A stretch of DNA of 56,910 nt, taken from the NCBI GenBank assembly GCA_009103225.1, contig RHPI01000863.1, forward strand, positions 63,892 to 120,801. The letters run 5' to 3'. The DNA is from Chlorokybus atmophyticus (taxonomy: Eukaryota > Plantae > Mesostigma and Chlorokybus algae). Below the pieces are notes generated by a model. The model was not told the DNA's origin, did no database searches, and worked only from the letters and a program-made list of their open reading frames with translations. The position numbers and the translations under genes are program-made. This document shows, one piece after another, positions 23,002-33,908 of the stretch (positions are counted from its first letter, which is position 1; each line of letters opens with the position of its first letter).

Positions 23002-24600
23002 ATGGACATCAAGCTAGTGGACACCGAGCCGGTGTTCCGGCGACCTTACAGGCTCTCTAAGTTGGAAGAACACCTGGTGGAACAGAGGTGTAAGACTTTG
23101 CTTGATGCAGGCCTTATCGAGGAGTTCACATTGGACTTTGCAGCTGCGACAGTCATGCCGCTGAAGAAGGATTCCGCAGGCAACTGGACAGCGCAACGCA
23201 TGTGTGGTGACTATCGCCCCCTTAACAACAAGATCAAGCAGGACAGATACCCCATGCCCACAGCGGAGGGTATCCTTGATGATGTAGGAGACTGCACAGT
23301 CTTCAACATCCTTAACATGCGCCAAGGGTACAACCAAATTGCCATCCAGGATGAGGACAAGCACACAAGACCTCCTTGTGGCAAACGACAGTTGTATCCC
23401 TGAAAGGTGATATCGTTCGTGCTAAAGACAGCCCCCGCCAAGTTTCAGCGCGTCATGGACATAACCTTGAAAGGACTGAACTTCCCGCGAACCTACATCG
23501 ACGACAACCTCAGTTTTAATCACAACAACAAAGAACACCTTCAGCACATCAAGGCGAAGCTGGAGCAACTTCAGGGTGTGGGGATGACTGTGCACCCCGA
23601 CAAGTGCACCTTCTTCACCCACATGTGCCATACTTGGGGCACATGATGTGCCCCACGTTATATACGTACAGCAGGCAAAAATGGAGGCCTTGGCAGCTAT
23701 TCCGGCAACAACGGACCTCGCACGTCTGCGCGCCTTTTTGTGCCTTGCCAACTACCATTGACGGTTTGTGAAGGACTTCGCTATGATCCCACGGCCCCTC
23801 AACGAGCTACTGAAGAAGGAAGTGGAATTTGTATGAAACGAGCCTTAGCAGCAGGCCTTTGAGGAAGTGAAGAGCAGGCTCACCACATCTCGCATCCTTC
23901 AACGCCCTGAGTACACAAAGCCCTTCATCCTTCACACCAACTGCAGCCAGTTTGGGATGGGAGCTGTGCTGGTGCAGCACGATAAGAACACGATGGAGCG
24001 GGTGGTGTCAGACACTAGCCGGAGCAACAACAGCGCTGAGGCCAAGTACAGCAAAATCAAGGGCGAGTGCCTTGCGGCATGGGCCATCTCCTTCTTCCGG
24101 CCCTTCCTTTCCGGTAGACAGTTTTCGTTAATCATTGACTATTAGCTGCTCAGGTGGTTGATGACCGACCAGCACTTAATAGGCAAACTTGCCCGATGGG
24201 TACTGTCGCTACAGGAATGCGACTTTCAGATTGATTATCGCGCTGGCCTCACCAACCAAGACGCCGATGGGCTCAGTTGTACCCCCCACCTCAGCGCCAA
24301 CAACGCAACCGAAGCTTCACACAAGCTCAGTCCAGCAACTGCAGCCCCTGCAGTAGCTGCCATGTTTATTGCTACCGCGCTGCGCTCGGGGCGCAAGACC
24401 AACACCGCTGCTAAAGTTGACGCAGCGGGGATGCTTGCCCTTGAGCCAACCAGCCCTGCAGCAAACGCAGAAGACACTCACATCGTCAACACCGAGATTA
24501 ATGACAGAAAGTTGGCACCCACCGACAGCACTCAAAACATATATCTCGACAATCCATCCCTCTCTTTCCTGCAGAGTAGCCAGCTCCTTGCCGGCATGAG
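23002..24600 (+). pseudogene. Second gypsy RT-RNase H remnant, truncated before integrase
   Basis: VFRRPYRLS...RMCGDYRPLN...DRYPMP; KFQRVMD...TYIDD; PFILHTNCSQFGMGAVLVQ; KLARWVLSLQECDFQI. Confidence 0.9.
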
Positions 24601-24624
24601 TGCTTACGGTTTGCACTTTGTCAT

Positions 24625-24900
24625 GTTACTTCACAGCAAATTTTGCAAGCAGCAAGGTCATTACCAATGAGACTGTCCGCAGCTGAAGGAGAAAAAGGCT
24701 TGCAAGAGCAATACCTTTAAAGGGTACAACGGTGGTGGTAAAGGAGCAATAGCTTTCACAGCATGCGCAAGCATCCACACGCATTATCCTAAGTGGGTGA
24801 TTAATACTGGCTGCACACAGTATATAACTTCTGATGCTGGACTATTTCATGACTACAAGGCGCATGTGGCACCGCGAACTTTGAGGTGCCACATGCGCCT
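24625..24900 (+). mobile_element. Copia gag-knuckle and protease fragment
   Basis: FCKQQGHYQ*DCPQL...AIAFTA...KWVINTGCTQYITSD, matching a copia CX2CX4HX4C knuckle followed by a WxxD(S/T)G protease motif. Confidence 0.65.
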
Positions 24901-27570
24901 CCTGTATCCACATTAATAATGATATGTTTTAAGGCATTCACTATTGAATGGTGGATGCCTTGGAACATATTATAATTGATGTGGGTACAAGCAAAGCTAT
25001 ACTTCAATGCAAGGTGGGTGTACAAAAGATAGAGCTACATATAGCTCCACCCTTTGTACCATAAGGACAATATGGCATATAGTCCTCCATGTACCTAGTG
25101 TACATGCAAGCCTCTTCTTTGTTTAGATTGCTTCTTCGACAGGCTTGCAACGAACTTGGCAACATAAAGGCAACCCTTGCGCTATGCAACATTATGCATT
25201 GCATTTGCGCTACGTAGTATAATTGTAACTCATGCGATGCATTAGCTTATAGCCAACTCGTGGTTTAAAAGCGCATTGTATATAATGTTCATGCTATAAC
25301 CTTTCATAAGTTATCTGTCGTTTCCATGCTTCACACCCCCTGTAATTTTATTTACCACTCAACTTGTAAAGTTTTCCTCATCCAACATTATAATATGTAA
25401 ATGTGTAACATACATTATATGATTATGGTCTACGGATAAGACATATATAACAATGACTGCTCTTATGACAGCGGCTTTTGCTGCCACGGCCTCGTAATCA
25501 AGGCGTTGTGGTACACCTTGCATGCACATATGCAGTTGTTTGCAAACACCGCGTGCATACAGGTATATGCATTTGCTCACATTGTCATGGATGACTCAAA
25601 CTTTACTGCTGAAGTAAGACCGTGCTCACGTGTATACAATTTTCTGTTAGCCTTAGTGCAATGGAGTATTCTTAATAATCAATGATACTACGGCATGGTG
25701 TAGCTCATGAATTTTCCACATGGCAATACTGTGACCTGGGTGCACACCCTCACTGTACGGCATAAGCAGCCTCGGGGGCTCCTAAGGTTGAAGCGCATGC
25801 TGCATACTGATGACTCAGTGATGAGTATTCGTATAACGACTCTTACGCACGCCAAGCAGCGGATATCGTTATCGCTACAACGTCTGCGGCGTACGCCAAC
25901 GGGCAGAGGCCTTGCGAATCTTCCAATCTACAGTTGTTCAGCCTGGGGATTTTTTGTCGCGGATAAGTGGATAAACAGCGTCGCGAGTTGCGGCTTTTGT
26001 TCCAAAACCCAGCTTTTTCTCGGGCACCAGGGACGAATCAGCCCGCAGCCGGCCGTGTTGCTTTTCGTCTCAAGGATTTGGATTTTGCGCAGAGCTGGAA
26101 AGTTCCTGCACGTGGATATTGATTACCTACGGCACGGAGCAGCGGCCCACCGATCAACTGCCCTACTCGATTGATGAATGATAGCACCGTTTAGTTCACT
26201 TGGTGAACTAAACGTGCGGGAGAGCGTGCGGCAGGTTTCAGAACAGCAGAAACCTGCCACGCTCGCAACCACAGCCAGTGGAATCCTTCAGATGACTTGC
26301 TCGAGGTTGCACAGCCTAGCTAGGCAGCCTACCTGACTTGGTCAGTTGGGGTAGGTGCGTGCGTGTCGTCCAACAGCTGTGCTACAACAGAAAGAAACGG
26401 CCGGAATTGAAAAAGAAATAAACCGTCGTCGGCCTCCAACGGTGCCATTACCGGTCAGTGGGACAGCGCAGGGGGGTGGCTTTGCAGCCACACGCTGCGC
26501 TGGAAAGAGCCATCCGTTGTGCGCGGCCCCCAGCCGTACGATCGACGCAGCCGGTCGTACGATATACATGGCACCCCCTTCTGTTATGCATGTCAATGAC
26601 AACTGCCTCCCACCCCAAACAACTGCTCATCGGTAATATTCTCTATGCCATGTCACAAGTAAGTTGTTCCATGCATAAATATGTGGACCACACACTTGCC
26701 GAACTGTGGTAGGCAGTGTGTGTGGCGGCTGGCCAGCGTGGAGAAAGACTGTGGGCCACATTATCTTGCGGAGACTAGCTTGCAGAGAGGCAGTGTGTGG
26801 TTTGGGATTGAGCTTGAGGTTGTGGGCGGCGGCGTTGTTGGTGCCGGGGTCGGGCGAGGCCGGGGCGGCAGGAGCATCAGCCAGCGGCGGGCGAGCAGGT
26901 GCCCGGAGCGGGCGGGCCGGCGAGTGTGGTAGACGGGGCTCGTGTAAGGGCAACTCTGCTGTGATCCAGCCATGACGGTTGGTGCGGCTGTGCCTGCGGC
27001 GTCCTCCGCCTCCGTGGCGTCGGCGTCCGCCCCTTCCTCTTCCGCCTCGTCCTGCGCCCATGGGCAATTGTCCGCCGTTCGCCGTCTGCCGTCAGCGTCC
27101 TCCGCCATCGGAGGCAGGCGGCTCGTCTGTCGCAGACCAGCTTCTCTTCCTCCCAGACAGACTGCGACTGTGCCCCGTTGCGCTGTGCAGGTACACTCTC
27201 ATTCCCTTGCCCAATGACCCATTGTCCTTTCATTACAGGCCAAGCAAGCACAATACCATGTACTGAGCAGTTCAACTTGTATCCGTAGTAACTCTAGCCT
27301 TCCTGTCCTGCCCATGCTTGCTTTGCTGGATGCAACTATGCTGGTACAACTACATCCCCAATTCCTTGCGGTTTGTGGGAGGCATTGCTTGAATGTCCGT
27401 TTGCTTGTCCCATGTTTGGAGCATGCCGATCTTGATGACGCTGCTGCTGTGTCTTGATTATTGCTTATCTGAGTTGCCAATCATAGGAGGATGTCGAGAA
27501 GGAGAAGAAGACCCGTGAGAACAAGGAGCGGGAGAATGGCCAGCGTTTTCTAAAGCTTGGTGCCACTTTC

Positions 27571-30500
27571 ATGCCCTTTCTCTTCAAGAATGGCACTGCT
27601 CAGGCTTCAGGTAAGCTTGGCTTATCTGGCAGCACTCCCCGCTGTGGCTTGCTAGCACACTCCACTGATGTATGTTTGTTTGCAGAGGACTCTTACAGCA
27701 ATGAGAATTTCAGATGCGAAGGCCCACCTGCATCCGTATTTGGCTCAGAGCCTGATTCATCCACAGTTGGTGCCAGTGGGTCGGCCTTCGGCGCTGCAGC
27801 TGGCAATGGAAGCAAGGCTCCCTCATCCGCCTCGCAGACCGCACCCCCTGTTGAGACCATGTCATCCGCGGGCTCTTTCTCCAGCAACTTTGGCCGCAGT
27901 GAGCCTGCCAAAGACGAGGACCTGAAGTTTATTCAGGCTGAGAAGGACTCCAAGGCTGAGGCTGGGTCATCTGTCTCTGTGGCATCCGTTGCTGAGAAGG
28001 CCACTGCTTTCATCCCCGAGCCTGTCAAGGAAGCTGCCAATAAGGTTGTGGCTAGTGCCCAGTCGGTTGCTCAGCCTGTCAAGGAAGCTGCCACCCAGGT
28101 TGTAACTGGCTCCCAGTCGGTTGTTCAGCCTGTTAAGGAAGCTGCTACCCAGGCTCTGTCCGGCGCCCAGTCGGTTGCTCAGCCTGTCAAGGAAGCTGCC
28201 ACCCAGGCTCTGTCCGGCGCCCAGTCGGTTGTTCAGCCTGTCAAGGAAGCTGCCACCCAGGCTGTGTCTGGTGCCCAGAAGGCTGCTCAAACACCCTTCA
28301 ATGCCTTCAAGCAGTCTATCTCTTTCCCTGGCTCCAACCCATCTGTGTCATCCCCTTCCTTTGGCGGATTGAACCTCCCCAACGGTGGAGGTGTTGGTGG
28401 TCTGCTTGTCACTGGTGCTCTGGCTGCCAGCGTCCTGCTGCGTTCCCGCAACAATGCCAAGCTCATGGCTGAGGCAGATGAGGTATACCCACACTGCGGA
28501 TCATGCAGTTTTAATGAACTTTTTTAACGGTGCATGACCCCATGAGTTGTTGCGTCATTGCATCGTGCTACTGGCGAGGCCTCTGGCACTGTGCAGAGTG
28601 CATCTTTATTTGGAATCTTTGAAGCTCACTGAGTGTCCTTGAACAGGTCCGCAAGCAGCTTGCTGCAGCGCTTGAGTCAGTGGAACAGCTGGAGTTCCAG
28701 CAGCAGGAGCTGTACAAATCCAAGGAAGATGATGCCAAGGCTGCTGAGGCTGCCTTGGCAGCTGCTGCTGATGGTGCCGAAGCTCAGAGGATGGCCATGG
28801 AGAAGAAAGTTGATGCCGAGCGATACATGGTATGCCTTGCAGTTCTACACTTCATGGAATTGTGTTGACCTCTGGAATTGTGCTGAGTACTCCATGTGTC
28901 ACACAGGTGGATGCCTACAAGAAGGATTTACTGAGGACCAGAACCCAGCGTGCCAACCTGGAGGCGCTGGTGACCAGCACAGAGAGTACCAACCAGTCCC
29001 TGCAGAAAGACAAGAGCCAGCTGATGCAGACAACAGCAAGTGAGCCTTGAATTTCGTCATGCTCCATCAAACTGCAAACTTAGCTGCACAGTATTTTCAG
29101 TGAGATCTTGGACACTGCAGCTGATTATGTTGGCTGTGCGTCCTCCAGATCTGTCAACCAAGGCCTACTCTCTGGAGAAAAGTCTGCAGCAGACCAACCA
29201 GGAACTGACCCGCAAGCAACGCAACAACACCACCCTGGAGAAAGAGCTCATCATGAAGAATAAGGACATCCTCAGGGCCAGGGCGCTTCAGCTGGAGCTG
29301 CAGCAGGCACGCGAAGCTGAGGTCAGGGCCGCCGCTGCTGCCAAGGCTGCCGCGGCGCGCAGCATGCAGATGCAAAAGGCTGCCTTGGAGAGAAAGCTCA
29401 CCTCTGAGCAGTCTCAGGTGTGTAACCCACCATTTGGGTGATTAGCAAGCATAGCTGTCACATGTCACATGCGTGCTTTTGCTTCATGTTCAAGTCTAAT
29501 CCATTCACATTGCAGGTTGACGCATACAAGAAGGATTTGCTCAAGACTAGGTCTCAGCGTGCTAGCATGGAGGCTACGATGGCTGCTAGTGCAGTAAAGT
29601 TCGCTGAGGCCCAGAGGGAGGCTGATTGGACCATGCGCGCCCAGCAAATGGCCTTTGAGAAGAAGGTGGAGGCTGAGAAGAAAGTGGTAAGTGGCATTCT
29701 TTTTTACGTGTGGGCAACTGTAATGTGTTTGGCTGTTGACATGTCTTTGCCACTGATGCTTGTTTTAACTGATGGGCATGCAGGCGGAGCTGTTTAAGTC
29801 AGATCTGATGAAGACCAGGTCTCAGCGTGCTAGCTTGGAAGCCTTGGTTTCTTCCACGCACACCATCAACAAGACTCTCCTCAAGGAGCAGAACAGGCTG
29901 GTTCAGACAACTGCAGGTAATCACCCGCTGGCAGTGCAACAGCTTCACTTGTGGCATATGTTGCTGATCTCTGATCTGTAACAGAGCTCAAGGAGAAGAC
30001 CATGGCCCTGGAGCGTCTGCTGTCGCAGACTAGCCAGGACCTGACACGCAAGGCCCGCAGCGCCATGACCCTTGAGAAGGAGCTGCAGCTCAAGAATAGG
30101 GACATCCTGAAGGCCAGGACTATCCAGCTGGATATTGCCAAGGAGAAGGACGTTGAGGTTGCCCGCGTCCGCGTTGCTGCTCACGCTGCTGCCCAGAACG
30201 CTGCAGCCCAGAGGGCTGTGCTGGAGAGGAAGCTGCAGGCCGAGAGCAGCTTGGTACGGGTGTCTGCCTTGACAGTGTGCATGAGAGTTGCCCAAATTGC
30301 ATCAACGAATGTGGCCCAATGCTTCCCATGTGTCACAGGTCGAGGTGTATAAGAAGGACCTCTTGAAGACCAGGTCGCAGCGTGCTAGCCTTGAGGCTGA
30401 TGTTAACTCGTCTCTTAGCAACTTCTCTGCACTGATGAAGGAGCGCAACAAGCTGGCGGCTACCAATGCAGAATTTTCTCAGAGGACCTTTGCCATTGAG

Positions 30501-32038
30501 AGGCAAATGAACCAGGTCAATGCCGAGCTGGTGCGCAAGTTACGCAGCCTCGATACCGTTGAGAAGGAGCTAGCCCTAAAGAACAAGGACATCCTCAAGG
30601 CTAGGACACAATCCACCACCCTCGTAGCAGAAGCCAAGGTCAAGGATGCCACCCTTGCTTCTCTGCAAGCAGAGAAGAGCAAGCTGGAGTCTTCATTGGC
30701 AGGTGTGTGGAGCTAGAGTGCAGTTGTGGTGCTCATGCTTTGCAAACACGGATTGGTTGACACTGATCATCATTGTGGTGGCGCAGATCTGAGGGCCACC
30801 TCGCTGTCGCTCACTGGCCAGGTCAAGCAGCTGCAAACAGTCTGCCACAACCAGCGCAGGAACCTGGAGGCTCTGGACAAGGAGCTGACCCTCAAAAACA
30901 GGGACATCCTCAAGACCCGCTCCAACCTGGAGCACACCCGCAGCGCAGCCAACCAGGCCAAGTCAGCCATTGCCGCAAGCCAGTCGCAGGTCTGTTGCCC
31001 TCGATCGTGGTGCTTTGGTTGAGGGTGATGAATGAGCGATTAGAGTTACTTACCTTCATCATCTTCGCAGATGGCCAAGCTCACTCAGGCCCTGGAGTCC
31101 CAAATGTCCAGCAATGACCAGGGGGTGGCTGACACCATCGAGTCTCTTGGGTATACTCAGGATGACATCATGCAAGTGTGCGTGTTGCCTGCCTTACTCA
31201 ACAAGCAGTTCACCGTGAGTTAATTCATTAATGGCTTGATTGTGTGCAGTATCTCATCTGATGGTTTGCACTCTGGTGCTGCATCTCTCGTTGAGGAGCT
31301 GATGGACAAGGCCCGACAGGCCAAGACATCCCAGATTGCTGCTGAGCAACAGGTGGGCACCCTACCCCTATTACACTCTTAGACTTGTAAGTTGTCAGTT
31401 GCAATGTGTAGATGTTAACGCATGTTTTGAATTTGCAGTTGCGGGAAGCCCGGTCACAGCTGGTGACAGAGCACCGCAACATCCAGGAGTTTCTCCGTCG
31501 GGTGCTGGCTCTGGAACAGGAGCTGGCTACGCAGAAGAGCGCTGCTACCACCTCTGTGGAGGTAACATTGGCTGAATCTCCAAAGGTGTCGCTATATGAC
31601 AATTCAACTAACATGGTTGTTATAACATGTGTTTAACTGATGCCTTCACTTGTGCAGTCCGTGCATGCTTCTGAGCTGGAGTTGGTGCATGAGCTGAATG
31701 CTGCAATGAAAGCTGTAGAGGATAGTATGCCTTTCTTGAAAGAGGAGGCTGCCCCTGCCCCTGCTGGCACCAACGGTGTTTCCACCAATGGCACCTCCTC
31801 ACAAGAACTTGAGACCCCTGCAAAGAAGCCCCGCGCACGCCGGAGCAAGGCGCAGGAGACTGTTCTTAACATCAATGGCCTCGAGGAGACAGTGAGGTCC
31901 TTGTCCACTCCCAGGAGGCGCAAGACCTCAGGAGTTGATGGAGACGATGCTGAAAAGAAGCCCGCACCGCGCAGGAGATCCCGCAAGGCCAACACTCCCG
32001 AACCCATGCCAGGATTCACTCCAGGATATGCGATGTAA
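27571..32038 (+). CDS. Multi-exon protein: N-terminal 18-aa repeats, one hydrophobic segment, long repetitive coiled coil, basic C-terminal tail
   Basis: About 14-15 exons with clear GT-AG introns. TM-like VGGLLVTGALAASVLL; recurring VDAYKKDLLKTRSQRASLEA and LEKELxLKNKDILKAR; ends KKPAPRRRSRKANTPEPMPGFTPGYAM*. Confidence 0.8.
28018..28290 (+). repeat. Five tandem 54-bp coding repeats (PVKEAATQALSGAQSVAQ)
   Basis: CCTGT(C/T)AAGGAAGCTGC recurs every 54 bp in frame. Confidence 0.92.
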
Positions 32039-33908
32039 ACATGGGAGACAGGCTGCGAAGTTTCAGCACTCGAAAGATTGTTGTCACCTGCAATAACCGC
32101 ACATTGCCGCTTCACCAAGAGCTTCAGGCACAGGAGGGGCTTGTTGAGCTCTCTGTTTGGATGGATAGTCCTTCCTCCTCCCACCCTCCCTTTCCCCGGC
32201 TTTAACCTTGCTGAATATATCCTTGGTTCAGGTGTAGAGTGAAGTTTTGTATAGGTATCAGAGGGCCCTGCTTGCAACATCTAAAGTGTGGCGCAGTGTG
32301 TGATGCACACCATCGAACCAACTTAACCCTGTCTAGGGTGGTATAGATGTAGTTTGTTTGTGTTCGCCTTTGCTGAATCAATGACCCGCTGCGGATGGCA
32401 AGGCTGGTTCTCTGTGCCTGCGACATTTGTGCCATGTGTTGGTATGCATGTTTTATGACTTGTCAAATCATGCTTCCTGCATTGAAATTCGTGCCCTTTT
32501 GAGCCTGCATGTGTGAGTGCTCTGCAGTGTGGTGTACTCAAATTGTAGTGTGCAAACTTATGTTGTTTTGTAAACTTAGTTGCAATGCTTTGTGTCGTAC
32601 ATATCATATGACATGCCACACTGCGATGCTTTTCGCTTGGCTGTCTGTCTGTGACAGATATTGACGTGGCCAATATAGCTGAGCATACTACACTGGACAT
32701 TTCATGTGTTATCATCTGTGAACATACTGTTTATTATTCTGCGGGTATGACAAGTATTTGTGAAACATGCTGTGCTTTGCTATGCCGATATGCACGTTTG
32801 TTGGTATCTAATGGTATGTGAGTGTAAGACGTACACCGTCGTGGTGTATGCAAACGTAACAGGTCATATCATGCGCTACTATGCAGATAAGCGGCCAAGA
32901 TGCGAGTATGGTGTGCTTCCTTAGCCTGATTTGTGTATTGCAAAGGATGTTGGTACATGTCATATCTGCGCATGCGACAAACAAAGGGAGGGAGAGGGTA
33001 GGAGAGGGACAGTGATTTTGGCACATATGCAATTGAAATCGTTATGATTGTGATACTTCATTTGTTGGAGAGTAAGCTTGCATTGCTCCCTTTACCAACA
33101 GTAGCGTCTGCATGTGGTTGTTAAACCAGCTCCACAGCTGACTCGACGTCGCCTTGGCAAGTGTTGATCGACTATCCCACCTTTGGCCCCACCATGGCAC
33201 ATTGATGGTTTTGCTGCATGTTCAATATGTCAATATGAATGCGATGACTTGCCCAAGACGTTGGTGATTGCATTTGGCTGGTGTCCAGTGGATGAGTATT
33301 GAGTCGTGTCCAGCTTGGTCAGTGATGCGTGCAATCGTGGCCTATTTAATACACACGCCAGACCAAAGTTGCACGAAACGTCCTTATCATGTTGCCAAGT
33401 GCTGTTGTTCTCGCACACACAGCTGCTAGCCCAGCACAAACCACCACCACCACCACAACAATCACAGCATCTCCCTAGTTTTCAGTCAATCCACCAGCTG
33501 CTGCTGCTCAGTGACAGCGTGTGACTCAGTCAGCGTTTATTAGGTTGCGTCTCAATCACGCACATACAGCGCGCGACGCACTCAACAGCAGCAGGGTGGT
33601 ACGGGTGGGTGTTCCATGTGTATATGCTGACCCCTTGCCCCGTGGCCCCCTTCACCCACAAGTACGAGGGCAGAAACATGCGCGTGCGCGCACACGACCG
33701 ATGCGGCAGCACAGACCCGCACGCAGGCACACACATGTACGCGGACACAGGCAAGTGCCACATAAATTACGGTTACAAGCGAGCCCTAGCTACGCTCGCC
33801 ACTACACACGCAGACACAAGTCTATCTAGTTCACACACGCGCTTATGCGCACACGTATACTCCATTCAGTACTAGAACTAGCTAATAGGTAGGTAGGAAC
33901 CAGGCAAC

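Noticed and set aside
25004-25580. Possible copia RT/integrase relic (QRLDYEAVAAK, MLHSARV)
   Set aside because: Resemblance limited to a few residues with no catalytic motif; treated as an unassigned decayed island.
26627-27480. GC-rich overlapping ORFs upstream of the coiled-coil gene
   Set aside because: All frames are open because of GC content and no consistent exon chain or domain could be supported, although a divergent gene is not excluded.
33530-33763. Short minus-strand ORF downstream of the lyase
   Set aside because: No convincing splice sites linking it, and the lyase already has a stop at 33909.
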